In this document: positions 43,465-55,900 of the stretch, one piece after another
How the letters are laid out: every line of letters starts with the position of its first letter
Numbering within the stretch: position 1 is the stretch's first letter
Assembly: GCA_020137815.1 (NCBI GenBank)
Contig: CM035354.1
Coordinates: 8,060,001-8,124,000 of the forward strand
Direction: 5' to 3'
DNA from: Hormiphora californensis
Taxonomy: Eukaryota > Animalia > Ctenophora
Length of the DNA stretch: 64,000 nucleotides
The notes under the pieces: model-generated
Database searches by the model: none
The model's input: the letters and a program-made list of their open reading frames with translations, nothing else
Told to the model about the DNA's origin: nothing
Translations under genes and position numbers: made by a program

Positions 43465-44406
43465 ATGCCAAGTTTTGTACAGGTCATGTCATCTACAGCA
43501 ACCGGTGATATAGTGGTGGGGTGTATTGCGTTGTATGCTCTATTAGTGGGGTTACCTAGCAACCTTCTATCTGCTGTTATCTTCTTTCAACGGAAACCAA
43601 GGACTCCACCCATCATGGCACACGCCATCCTGGCATTGTTAGACACCTGGATCTGTCTCAATGGTTACCCCTTTCTCATTACCATGGTTACAGGACGTAG
43701 TGGCGGCTTGTTCTCAGGGAAACTGTTTTACATCTTGTGGAGTCTCAACTGGCACCTCTGTATAAACATAACCGTCATTCTAGTTCTCTTTATTAGCGTG
43801 ATGAGAGTCATCAAGTTGACTAAGTTCAGCGCCATTGTAACCATGAGGGGCCTGCGTTATTCTCTGTCTGTGGCAATTGTTGTCATGGTTACTAAGGCTG
43901 TTGTTCAGGTTGTGTCCGAAAAAACGTACATCCTGCCGCATCTACTCAATAATACCACCTCTTTCGGGGACTACAAAACATCTGTCTCACACGTGGGGTT
44001 TGTCATTGACCGCATATTTCTAGTGATAACTGCTCTGTTAACAATCGCTGCTGCGGTAACCATGGCAATAGTACTCCTGGTACCCCGGGCAACGGGATCA
44101 ACCGCACCTTTTCGGTCGGCAACCCTCACAGTGGTTATCTTCACTACTGTATTCCTAACTCTCTTCCTCACCATACTGACTCTAGTCCAATGCGTGATGG
44201 CCGGTAAATTTGAAAGTACAAGGCTCTACGTGGCGTGTTTCGCAGTGGTATCCCTGGTTCAACTGAACTCGTGTGTTAACCCGTACATATACCTCTGGAG
44301 AATGGTGTGGTTCAGGGACAGGGCAGTAGCGATGTTCAGGACTCAACTAATAAACAATGGTATTGGTCCAACGACCACGGAACAACCTGTTATCTCTACA
44401 GTGTGA
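43465..44406 (+). CDS. Intronless orphan class A (rhodopsin-like) GPCR; true start may be the ATG at 43486
   Basis: Seven hydrophobic segments; TM1 GLPSN, TM2 LALLD, TM3 SVMRV (DRY variant), TM7 NSCVNPYIYLWR. Confidence 0.88.
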   Translation: MPSFVQVMSSTATGDIVVGCIALYALLVGLPSNLLSAVIFFQRKPRTPPIMAHAILALLDTWICLNGYPFLITMVTGRSGGLFSGKLFYILWSLNWHLCINITVILVLFISVMRVIKLTKFSAIVTMRGLRYSLSVAIVVMVTKAVVQVVSEKTYILPHLLNNTTSFGDYKTSVSHVGFVIDRIFLVITALLTIAAAVTMAIVLLVPRATGSTAPFRSATLTVVIFTTVFLTLFLTILTLVQCVMAGKFESTRLYVACFAVVSLVQLNSCVNPYIYLWRMVWFRDRAVAMFRTQLINNGIGPTTTEQPVISTV

Positions 44407-45411
44407 ACAACTCTACATTGTAAACAACTCAGCAGTGACCCAGTCACAGTGAACACCGTCCCATATATTCTTGTGAACACACTGATGAACACACGAGGTG
44501 AAACCATGTCGGGTATATGGACATATATGAGATGTTTCAAAAGAACAATAAAGTGTTAGGGTTGAGACAACTGTGGAATACTACTTTTCAAGAATCCGTG
44601 TTTATTCAATATTCATTCTGATTGTCACAATTTCATCACCGAACCACTCATTCAATAGTTTAACTTGTATAAGTGCAGTTGTTGGTAAACAACTATCTGA
44701 GCGGTTATCTTTCATAAAACTTATAATGGTCTTCTGAAGCTGAGCTGTTGAGCTGTTATAATTATAGATGTTTTAACTGATCTTAACTTGTACGTGGGTC
44801 CTATATTTACCCTCTTTCCATCCAACAGTAAATTGGTGTCTCAAACGTTTAGCAGAACTAAGAACTCGAAACTTCAAGTTCATCTGCATCAGAAAGGGGT
44901 TTGCAGTGGATAAATGGCACACATAGAAATAGAGATAAAGGTGGATGGGCCAGGGATTTTTGGTGGGGGAGAGGGTGGTGGACTACCTTTTGTAACTCAG
45001 ATGTAACCCGGATGCATTACCAAAGTTGGGATACTGTTATATTGTTGAAGCAGAACGAATGGCATGTTTTACAAATCACATAATTGTGAAAGCTTCTGAT
45101 TTAAAAACAGTAGATACAAAAGCACACAAGTCACACAAAATCCACGGAGAAATCCTCACACACACAAATATAAGTTATCCACATGCAACACGAAAAACAA
45201 CAAAATGGCCAAAATTCCCGAAATCAGTTCAAGGTTTTCAGCCTCAAAATAATATATTTGAGGGGGGTTTGTAAATTACAAGTGGTCCCCTGCTTAATTT
45301 CCACAAAATCATCTTCACAAAACGAAGTTCAGTTTTAAGTCCACAAGCCAGCTTGTGGCGTTAATCCTTCAATTTAAAGGCACGTGATGCTCTGGGAACC
45401 ACAGCTCTTTC

Positions 45412-48400
45412 TCAAGATGTGAGTTGAATTGGTGCCTCTCGTATCTCATCGTCCTCTATTATGTAGGTAGTTGGACCACCACTAGGTGTGTTGTTAGAGT
45501 TGTTTCTGAAGGAGCGTTACCATGGTTACACATCAGTTACACAATGGTTACACAATAATTAGCAGTTACCTTGGTTACACAGCTCAGCAGTGGGGCAGGA
45601 AACATGCGGCAGTTGCTTCAAGAAGGATCCAGGGCGAATGTGATTCACTGATTCGAGTTTTAGAATCACTGAACCACACGGCTTTTAAAAAATGCTTTGA
45701 GCGTCGCGTAAACATGCTGGATAGTCTGCGCGAAGACGCACGGAAATCCCCCCAAAATCATGCTTTAATGCACAAAACGATAGAAAGTTATCCCCCATAG
45801 GTTTAGAAAAGGGACCAGCTCACAAGTTTAGAAAAAGGGGCGGAAAGTTTTCAGCTGGCACAGGCAGTAAACACAACCAAACATTACACACGCCACACAG
45901 TACTCACGGTGTAGCATCCTGTACTCTGACCCTCACATCTTCCTCCTTATCCTCTACATCAGGGTGGATGTAGTCAGTCAGTGTCTCACTGGCTACCTTA
46001 CCCCAGGCTTCCGGGTAGTGCTCCTCTAACTTCCCCTTTATCGATCTGCAAATGAGGTGACAGTGAGGGGGGGATGAAAATGCAGAAGATATCACGAGAG
46101 ATGAAGAACTCACTGTATACGACGGAAGGCGGTCTCCACATCTTTCCTCATCTCCACTAACAGTCTAGTGTAATGGAGGAATGAGTCCTGTGCTTTAGTG
46201 TATTGGTGGGCAGATAGGGCGTTACAAGATCTCAACTTCTCGTTCGTACACTCCAATTCGTTTAGCCTGGAATAGATGCTGGGTTAGGGTGGTCAGTGTT
46301 ACACCTGATTCTTCCATCTGGCAAATTTTCCAGATGGCCCACCCCATCAAGTGTAACTGGAGGCTTGTTAAATTAATGTGGGACTGATCAAAATAGTGAA
46401 AATAACTTTTTACATCCCCCACAGAATCATCGACTCACATGTATTTCTGTTTCCGTGTTACTTCGGAGATATTTTCACGAGGCACTATGTTAGCTAATCG
46501 AGCAATTAACATATCTGATGCCCTGTTCTCCTCTGAGATGCCCGTCACAGATTCTGGAACACTCATAGCGCTCACCATGCTGATTAGAGGGGAGGAGAGA
46601 GGGTTAATCCTGGAAAAGTTAATTAGGGATCTGAGAGATAATTAGTTGCCATTACTCAGTAGCCCGCTAGTAGCCCCTCGCCGACATACAAAGGCTGAGA
46701 ATCAGCTATTACCTGGCTGTACGATTGTCGTTTCGGAGTGGTGTGGTAGTGCCACCAGAGTGAATTGTGGCTGACTCAAAGCTCAGCTCTGTAAACGCCT
46801 CAGATGTCATAGCCTGTGTGAGAATATCAAGAGTTAGGTTGATGAAGGAGTATCATGTGTGCTTTCAACATGACAATTAGTTTTATGAAGGAGCAACTCA
46901 CATCTTCGGCCTGTTCCAGGGTTGGAGTTGACTCAACAGATGAACAGTATTCCACGGGTTCTATAGTGCTTAGAACCTCTAAATCTGATGGGGTGATCTG
47001 GATAGTTTTCTTAATTTGGATTTCCGGATAAAGATTTCTCACTTCTTCCCTTCCATCATCATTCTCCTCTATTGATTTCAGCTCATCCTCAATAATGTCT
47101 TCTAAATCATCCGGTACAATATCCTCTGTGATCTGATCTCCATTGTCTGTTCCCTGTTCCTCTGTTATCTGATCCTCATTGTCTGTTCCTTGATCCTCTG
47201 TTATCTGATCCCCATTGTCTGTTCCCTGATCCTCTGTTATCTGACCTCCATTGTCTGTTCCCTGATCCTCTGTTATCTGATCCCCATTGTCTGTTCCTTG
47301 ATCCTCTGTTATCTGATCCCCATTGTCTGTTCCTTGATCCTCTGTTATCTGATCCCCATTGTCTGTTCCTTGATCCTCTGTTATCTGATCATCAAGTGTC
47401 ACGTGACTCAGCGAGGAGGATGACATGTCAGGTCCTACCACGGTACTGCTACTGGATGTTTCTGTCACCATATCAACCTGAGATAAACTGAGAACAGAGT
47501 TTGTCTGAGAAGGAGGATCTCCGATTACAACTGGAGAGATACTGTCGCCAAGAGGAGGCGTCGCAACGGATAAAGGCAGATATGCAGGTGGCGTTGTGGC
47601 AAGAGCTAATCCACCAAATAGTTTGTTTTCTGGAGGCGTCGTTGAAGATGACTTGTCCGGCGAAGATGAGGTTGGTTGAGGAGGATGCGAGTTTGTTTGC
47701 GGAGGAGAAGATGTTGTTTGGGAAGGTGAGGTTGTTTGCGGAGAAGGCGAGGTTTGTTGTGGAGGAGGCGAGGTTGTTTTGTCCGACGAAGATGTTTGCG
47801 GAGGAGGCGAGGTTGTTTGCGGAGGAGTCGAAGTTGTTTGCGGAGGAGGCGACATTGATTGCGGAGGAGATGAAGTTGTTTGCGGAGGTGAAGAAGTAGT
47901 TTGCGGAGGAGGCGAGATTGATTGCGGTGGAGGCGAGGTTGTTTTGTCCGGCGAAGATGTTTGAGGAGGCGAGGTTGTTTGCGGAGGAGACGAAGTTGTT
48001 TGCGGAGGAGGCGAGACTGCCTCTGAATTAGGTGATACTGTAAAGGAAGGTGGAGCAGGGGATTGTTGAGGAACAGGACTCTGAAGAATAGTGTGGGTGC
48101 TAGTGAATAGGGCTGTCTCCTGCGAGGAATAGGAGCTAGGTGTAACTAGTTCATGATCTCTCTGAACCAGTACATCCTCCTCCTCTATCCCACCCACCAC
48201 ATCGTCTCCTCCATCTTTCTCCTCAGCACAAAACACCTCTCTCTCATCTTCCTCAGGGATCAGTGCATCTACTGATTGAGCAGAGGTTCCTAGAATCGCA
48301 ATGGAGGATACTGACGATCGGACAGTCTCGTTACTAAGAGAGTTCCTCATTTTCGTTTGTATCGGGATCTCTGCCTCTCCGTTCTCCTCCTCCTCCTCCT

Positions 48401-48866
48401 CATTATCAGAGGCAATGACATGGACAGATGAGGTTGAGGCAAGGATCTGGACGCTAGATGAGTTTTCAATGAGGCGAGACTCGCTATCATCTATATTGAA
48501 ACTGATGACCCTCTGGACGTCTGGTTCTATTGCAGTCTTGACAGTGTCCCCACTGGTCGTCTCACTAACACCCTCTTCTACAGTATCCTCCTCTTCTTCC
48601 TCTTCTTCTGTTCTGGGGCTCTTAATAGGAGTGGATGCCATTCTCTGGAGACCACCCTCCTCTATACACGAGAGAAATGTAGTGTCGGAGGAGGCACATG
48701 TTCTAAACGAGGAGCCATGTTCTGGACTAGTGTCAACTGTTTGCGGAGGACCAGCGCTTAGCAACCCTGCATCTGGACTTAGCAACCGAGGACTTGTGTG
48801 TTGAGCAGGAGATGATGAGGGGATGATAATTTCAGGTGGCTGTTCATCGTCTTCAGGTGAACTCAT
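45412..48866 (-). CDS. KXD1: KxDL-domain protein (KXD1/BORCS4) with a very long low-complexity N-terminus; exons ~46902-48866, 46713-46813, 46439-46580, 46114-46266, 45908-46045, 45412-45505
   Basis: The spliced 3' exons read ..QKYMLNELECTNEKLRSCNALSAHQYTKAQDSFLHYTRLLVEMRKDVETAFRRI.SIKGKLEEHYPEAW, closely resembling the KXD1 core ([44 protein letters not shown]..HPEAF). Splice phases are consistent. Confidence 0.85.
47125..47390 (-). repeat. Coding 36-bp tandem repeat (DQITEDQGTDNG) x~7
   Basis: Seen in both DNA and translation. Confidence 0.95.
47630..48020 (-). repeat. Coding degenerate repeat (SPPPQTT-type) x~16
   Basis: Seen in both DNA and translation. Confidence 0.9.
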
Positions 48867-49216
48867 AGCTACAGGAAGATAGAAATGTTAATTGGGGGAA
48901 GTTACAGGAAGAGAGAGGTGTTAGTTGGGGGACACCCGACACACAGCCAGTTAGTTGGGGGACACCAAGAGAATTACAAAGTCATATCTCAAAGAGGGTT
49001 GAGTTGAAAAGAAGGAGCATTAACTGAAAAAATAATAACTAATTCACTACAGTTGCAGTGTACACTGTACAATTCACAGATACACTCTCTCGCACGAGGG
49101 TACTTTCTGTATACCCCGTTCAGATAAAATAAAGGTAAATAAAGCAATAAAACCCAGTCAACTTAGAGAAAAATATTATATACACACCGCCACCACCGTC
49201 CACCAGTGTTATCGTG

Positions 49217-49573
49217 GTTACTATGGTAACTCGTCGCCATAGTAACCTGAACTTGTTACCATGGTAACACCAACACTAAACACAATTCCAGTCTTTCTTT
49301 TTTAATTTAACTTCTGACCCTAACGAAAATAATTGAGCAAAAGGATAATAAATCTGGAGAAGCAGTTTTTTAATCGTCGCCAATCGAGAAGCTATTCAGT
49401 TCAAATAATTCCCCTGGACGCTGAAAGATGTTCTTTTGTTAAAAACATGCAGGTGATATCAATAATCATGCACAAATTAGTCACATAAAATCAGTAACAT
49501 GTATCTAGTGGTTACCATAGTAACTGAGTACCATGTATCTAGTGGTCACCATGCCAATGGTTACCATGGTAAC
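49217..49573. promoter_or_regulatory. Cluster of five RFX X-box-like palindromes between the NRAMP stop and the KXD1 start
   Basis: gttactatggtaac 49217; gtcgccatagtaac 49233; gttaccatggtaac 49255; gttaccatagtaac 49511; gttaccatggtaac 49560. Confidence 0.65.
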
Positions 49574-49581
49574 TGGGTGAC

Positions 49582-52352
49582 TCAGCACTGGTAAGGCTCC
49601 CCGCCACCAGGGGGTATAACCCTTACAACCCACCCCCTAGCTGTACCCGCCGCCCTCGTATGACAACTCACAATATAGGGACTGGGTGGTTTCTCTCTAT
49701 TGTATCTCCATGCCTTTATGACCAGATACCCGATGAGCCACAGATAGAGTGCGAGGAAGATAGCCACTGGAATGTAGAGGCCTATGTTGGAGGGGAGGAG
49801 GGCTATGTAGGTATAGACAAAGTACCCATTTATACCCATAACTAACACTGCTAATGACCACAACAGGATGCAGGAACATCTGAGGAATAATCGGTCAGTT
49901 AGTAAATGGTAGCCACGTGGGTGGAGAAGTGTTATTCATGGAATTCGGAAACACCACTCATTGTTGAGCCGTCCAGATCTCAAGGCGATTTTAAAACGTA
50001 GAGCAATTGTGATATCTGAAAACCGACTGTTACCTGTTCATAGCGAACTCTCCCATGATTCTATAACTGCCAGTAAATGTTAGGATGGGAATGAGAGCGA
50101 AGGGAAGCTGGAGACTCTGTAGTACATTCAACATTTCATTCCAACCACTAAAGTTAGCACCACTAATAAGGGCCAGGGAGAGGGTGGGACCTATGGCTAT
50201 CACCCTGGTTACCAAGACTCGCAACCACCGGGGCCACTTTAGCAACAAGAAACCCTGTGGGAACGAAGCTAATAGTAAGGGAATAGAGATTGGACTTGGG
50301 ACTAATTTCAAGTTTCATTGAACTACTGAGAACTGATTAGAACGTATAATATTTAACTGTTTCTCTCACCTCCATAACAAACTGTCCAGAGTAGGTGCCA
50401 GTCATTGTTGAACTCTGCCCCGCTGCCAGTAGACCCAGTGCCCAGATAACCCCTGCTATCTTCCCATAACAATTCTCTAGGAACACTCCCGCACTCTGCA
50501 GGTTTATATCCCCCTCTGTTGTATTCATATCTGTCCACGTGTTCGCTTTACACTCCTCCGTAGCTTCTGTTTTAGGGAAATATCCCTGTGCAAACACTGC
50601 AACCACACACATGTTTACTAGGAACGATGCACCCAGTGCAATGGCTGACTCTATGAAGTAGTACATGTTGGCTTCCCTGACCTTGTCCCTCCTCTTCCTA
50701 TCGATATCACGGGACCGGACAAGGGCAGAGTGGAGGTATAGGTTGTGAGGCATTATCACAGCTCCCACTATTCCTACTGCTTGTTTTATTACAAACATGT
50801 TGCAGCCCTTACACCAAGGCACCACCAGACCCAGAGCTAGTTTACTGGCATCAGGGGCTGCTATAGCGAACTGAGGGGGGGGGATGAGAATTAGAAACAT
50901 TGATGAGAGGGGAAAAATAGTTAGAATGGGAGGAGTACATTAGTATGAAGGTGAAAAACTGGGTCTTGTTCGAATTGTACCTCGGTTCCAAATGACATGG
51001 CCATGACACATATCAAGAACCCAAAGAATGCCTCAAGTTTTCTCAACCCATATTTGTCCAGCAGTAGAAAGAGGAAGGTATCACACACTGTTATCAGTGT
51101 TCCCACGTAGAGTGGTATCCTGGGGAAAGAGGGGTTGAGGTAGTATGGTAACGATATTTCCTCTACTCGCTGAGCAAGGGTAAGTATCGCTCCAAAAGTA
51201 TGCTGAATTCTCTGATGGGTCAGATTCTCTAGTTAAGAGCTAATACCTGCCGTTAGATAGTAGAAGGTAAGCTATTGCTGTGCCTATCACTTCCTGCATA
51301 TCACTCCCTATAATTGCTATCTCAACCATAATCCAGAGAGGAATCCTGGCCTTCCCTGGGTACTCGTCCCTACATACCTCTGCCAGATGCTTCCCTAAAA
51401 GGGGGGGGGTACTGAACAGGGGTGGAGACTGTGTGACGTCACATGTAGACACAGTGTGGGGCTGAGTTAAAAGAGTGGGTGTGTGTAAGTGCGCGCGATA
51501 TATCCGATACTGAAACTTTCTTTCGCCAGAGATTTGGGGTTTGTCACCCGCGCCCTACTGCTAAATGGTGTTACATGCGTTCTAAAGTTGCTTCGAAAAT
51601 ACGCTGTATCAAAATAAATAATTGATGAAGGGAGTGTGTGGCATGATTTAGATACCTGTTACAACTCCTAACCGTGCAGAAAGTCTCTGAAGAAGCAGCC
51701 CAACAATAGTAGAGAGCAATAACACCCAGAGCAGCTGGAGATAAGGAAACAAGTTGTATGAAAGGAGGAAAACAAGTTGTATAACAACGGAAGACGGAGA
51801 GGCATCACTGATGAGTGATGAGTTGTGTGTAAATCTTACCTTGTATTCTGCAGCTGCTCCAGCTTGAAGGTCACTCTCTACATTCCCTGGATCCAGATAA
51901 GCGATACTCATAAGAAACCCAGGTCCGGTGAATGCCCACAACTTCCTCCAACTAAACTTGCTCTCTCCCCCTCCCTCCGGAACGGCTATCTTCTCTGTAG
52001 TGAAGTATGTGGTGAACTCGTCATCTCCTACTGAGCTGGCCTGGGGTAAATCTGATTCTGAGAGAGGGGAGGGAGGGTTAGGAGAGCTGTGAGGTGGGTG
52101 CCATATAAGAGAGGGTCTAAACAAAGAAAAGTAACCGGAGAAATGGTCAATTGCTTGACCCTCTCTCTCACCGCCCCCCGGTAAAGGAGGGTTAGAACAT
52201 AACAAGTTAACGATAGAATTTTGAACTAAAAACTCGCCCTAAAGATTAGAACGATGGAATAACTAAAACTCGCCCATTTTCTGTGTACCATAGTCGCTGT
52301 CTGAGTCCTCGGGGAGGAGCCTCTGTCTACCAGAGGAAGTTCTCCGGGGCAT
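49582..52352 (-). CDS. SLC11A: NRAMP/SLC11 divalent metal transporter, ~8 exons
   Basis: [26 protein letters not shown]; [16 protein letters not shown]; [20 protein letters not shown]; [12 protein letters not shown]. First exon [21 protein letters not shown] begins at 52352. Confidence 0.96.
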
Positions 52353-52353
52353 T

Positions 52354-52535
52354 GCCTGGTATACAGTTGATACTACTGCTGCAATGGTAGTGTGGTGTGG
52401 CCTGATATACAGTTGATACTACTGCTGCTGCAATGGTAGTGTGGTGTGGCCTGGTATACAGTTGTTACTACTGCTGCAATGGTAGTGTGGTGTGGCCTCG
52501 TATACTGTTGCCACTACTGCTGCAATGGTGTGGTG
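52354..52535. repeat. ~46-49 bp tandem repeat x4 immediately upstream of NRAMP, containing its splice acceptor
   Basis: Units of gcctggtatacagttgatactactgctgcaatggtagtgtggtgtg. Confidence 0.9.
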
Positions 52536-52953
52536 CTGTGATTCCTAGTATTGTTCTGGAATACAGTATGTATACTGCTCATGTCATAACGGTGCCATAC
52601 ACCCACTACCTACAAGGTGTTACATGTGTGTTAGGGAAGTTTAAACAGGCAGGATATAGTTCAGGGTGATACGTTTGGGGTAATAAAAACACACACAAGT
52701 TACACAGAACAACAAAGGATTATTTATAAAACATGCACAACAGAAATAATAAATCAATAGATCTTGTTCTCTCTCTTTTGTAATATTCACATAATGATGT
52801 GTGGTGATGTGGCTCTAAAAATATAGATCAATGTGTTAAAATACAAAAATAAACTTTTCAAACCCCAAAATGCAATCAATTTTCAGAAAATAACGCCCCA
52901 TATTTGCAGTTCCACCCATGACCCGCACAGCTAAACACAGCAGGATACACCCT

Positions 52954-55900
52954 CTACAGGGAGGTAGCAGAATCATCCCATCTGGCTGCCATCCCAGAGG
53001 CCAACCTCTCTCCAATCTCTCCATCATCATCCTCATCCTCCTCATGCCCATATATGGTTCGGAGCTCGTCCACTTTACACTGGAACTGTAGCTTGCTGCC
53101 GGGGTAACACAACTCCATAAGTCTGGTGTACTCTGTGACGTTGTGGAAGAAGGTGGAGAGGTACTTGGTTCTAACTGCAGAGAATAGACACTCCTCCTTA
53201 GACAGGTGTTTATCAATCTGGGCGAGGGGGGAGGTATCATATCGGGTATCGGGTATGGGATGGTGAGGGATGGGTCGTGGTGGGTAGGGGGTATGGGATG
53301 GTGGGTACTGGGTACTGGGTATGGGGTATGGGATGGTAAGAAATGATAGAGGTCAGAGAAATCAAGGGGAATTTAGATCGTAAAAGAAAGGTGGCTATAA
53401 CCACAACTGTAAAGTTTAGGGAATACTGAGGTAAATTATGTAATAAGGGGCAACATAGCAAGTGAGGGGGCCACAAGAGGGCGAGAGCGGGGGCGTGTGT
53501 AATTGATACTCCTAATGAAAGGATGAACCTAGATAACCCATCATTATAATTAGCTAGTATGGAGCGGAGAATTGCTAAGGACTCTGTTCGAATGTTCTAG
53601 AAGGAATGTAGTGTAAAACAAGTCAGGTGTAATAGAAATTCTAGAGCTGCATAAGATCAATAACTGGTGGAAAAAAGTGAAGGGGTTGCTGTATCGGTAT
53701 CAATAGTAATCTCCAGTAATCTCACCTTCGCGATGCTATTATCAATACTCTTCTTGACGACTTTGAACTGGTGATCATCCAACAACTTTACCAACACTGA
53801 CTTGCTATAACTCATATTGAAACCCACCTCCTCAGGCCGCATTGCTGGAGTTAGACAACTCTTTACACCCGTGAAAAATGTGCTGTAAAAAGGTGCTACC
53901 GTTGACAAAACACGAATCACACAACAATAACAAACCAACAAGTATCCGAGTGATTTCAATAATTGATCGAGTGAGATTTCAATCATCACAAAATCAGATA
54001 GACTGTACCTTATTTTCTCGATGGGATCACCCAGTTTCCCCTTGATGTACCCCTCCAGGTGCTCTCTATACATCTTGTCGCAGTTCTTCAGGTGTTCAGA
54101 CAGGGTCGCCAGACCCATCCAGTTCAGTCTCCTACCAATGTGATGGTAATTCTCAAACATAACCACCTCATAGGGTATCTTTTGTTGCTCCTTCGCTGCT
54201 CGGTCTATAGCTTGGAATAGGGCATCCAGCAGCGCTTTATAACCCTGGAAAGAAGGGAACAGTTGAGTTATTGAAGGTAGAAACACGAATTATGGAGAAA
54301 GCTAGAAGAGAAGAGAGAGAAGAGAAAAAGAGTTAGTGATCTACACCAACCTTCTCAAGTTCCACTCTCCGTTCCTCATTGTGGAACAGATTCTCTGCCT
54401 CCTGGACAAACTGGTCAAACTTGTGAACAGGTCGGAGAATTCCACAACTCTTGCTCTTGTTGACCCTCGTCTCTTTGATTTGTGTTACCTGCGTGTATTG
54501 GAAATAGTAGTTATCACTGGGAAGTGTGTTATAGCACAGGCACACACTGTGGACTGACAGTAAAAAACTAAGAAACAGTAGACTATAACTGTGAGCTATA
54601 CTGAGTCAGTGAACAATAAACCTACACAGTACACAGGTGGAATGCACAACAAAGGAGAGCTGTGTAAAACAGAATAAAGAAAAAGGGTGGAGCAGGATAT
54701 CTGTAGACAATATACCTGAGAAGCAATGAACTGATCAAAGTTCTTCTTAGCACGAACTACACACCCTCCATAGAACTTCCTGATGTACTGTCCAGAGCGG
54801 TGATCATGACTCGCCTTGATCAGTCTCAGGTACATGAACAGAGCGTAGTAGCTATCCACCTTGTTACTGAGTAGAATGGTTGGTGTGATCAATATACTCC
54901 GCAGAGTGTAATAACTACATACCTAGTTTAAAAGTTCAGGGCAGTGGGTGCTTTGTGAGATCCACCAACTGCTAATGTCATGAATTTTACATACCTAATT
55001 TTATTATTTTCAAGTTCTCACCTAGTTTCAAGGAACTGCATGAATTCCTCATCCATCTTAGCGCCCAATATCTCCCCCATCTTCCTCTCTGTCCTCCCAT
55101 TCTCCTCCTTCACTTTGCTCCAAACACTATCCTCCATCTCAGGAGTGTGTTCTGCAATCACAGGATACCCCCAAACTTTATTCAGATGATCCTCCTCATT
55201 CACAATCCGGGACTTGACAAACTCCATATGTTTCATCAAGATCTTGTCAAAGTTGCTATTGTTCTCCAGTTGTAGTTGGAACCCACTCTCGTTACTCCCC
55301 CGGGTTGCAATAGAGTCCAGGGAACCTAGAGAGTCCCTTCTGAAGCTGGACAAACTCTTCTGAGAGGCGCTCAGATCCACAGCAGAGGCAGCAGGTTTAC
55401 CGGCAAATGAGAACCCTTTATCTTGATTAGATCTCTTCTGGAGCAGGTTTGCCTTGTCTTTGAAGTAGCTCGTTATCTCAGCTCTGTAGCCCTTTTAGTG
55501 GTCTCCATGTAAGCCTGGTGTATGGCATCATACACGTTCCTGTCAAACCCACGGCACCATTGTAACAGGTTGGTATACCTGTCTATGTTGATATGTACGT
55601 GCCATGTGCTTCCCCTGCCAGTCCCTTCTAAACAGGGTGTTCATCTCATCATTCAGCATCTTCACTGCCCCACTGAGGAACACCTCACAGTGTGCCAGGG
55701 TATCCTGGGAACACCTCATTTCAGCAAGATCATGTCCTCTAATGGCACTCACCCGCTCCTGGATTTGCAGCACAGCAGAAGTGAAAGAAGGATCGTTTAT
55801 AGAGGTCAGACTGGATAGATTGTACGGTAGTGTAACTAGATCCACTAGCTCCTTTGTCGTCTTAGCAAGCCTCACATGGTTCTGAACCCGAAGGTTTGAG

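Noticed and set aside
47190-48804. Plus-strand ORFs of 61-167 aa
   Set aside because: Antisense shadows of the repetitive KXD1 first exon.
55480-55630. Programmed frameshifting or pseudogenisation of EXOC1
   Set aside because: Single-base indels also break SMAP, MTHFSD and probably an NCX exon, so consensus errors are the simpler explanation; no convincing recoding signal.
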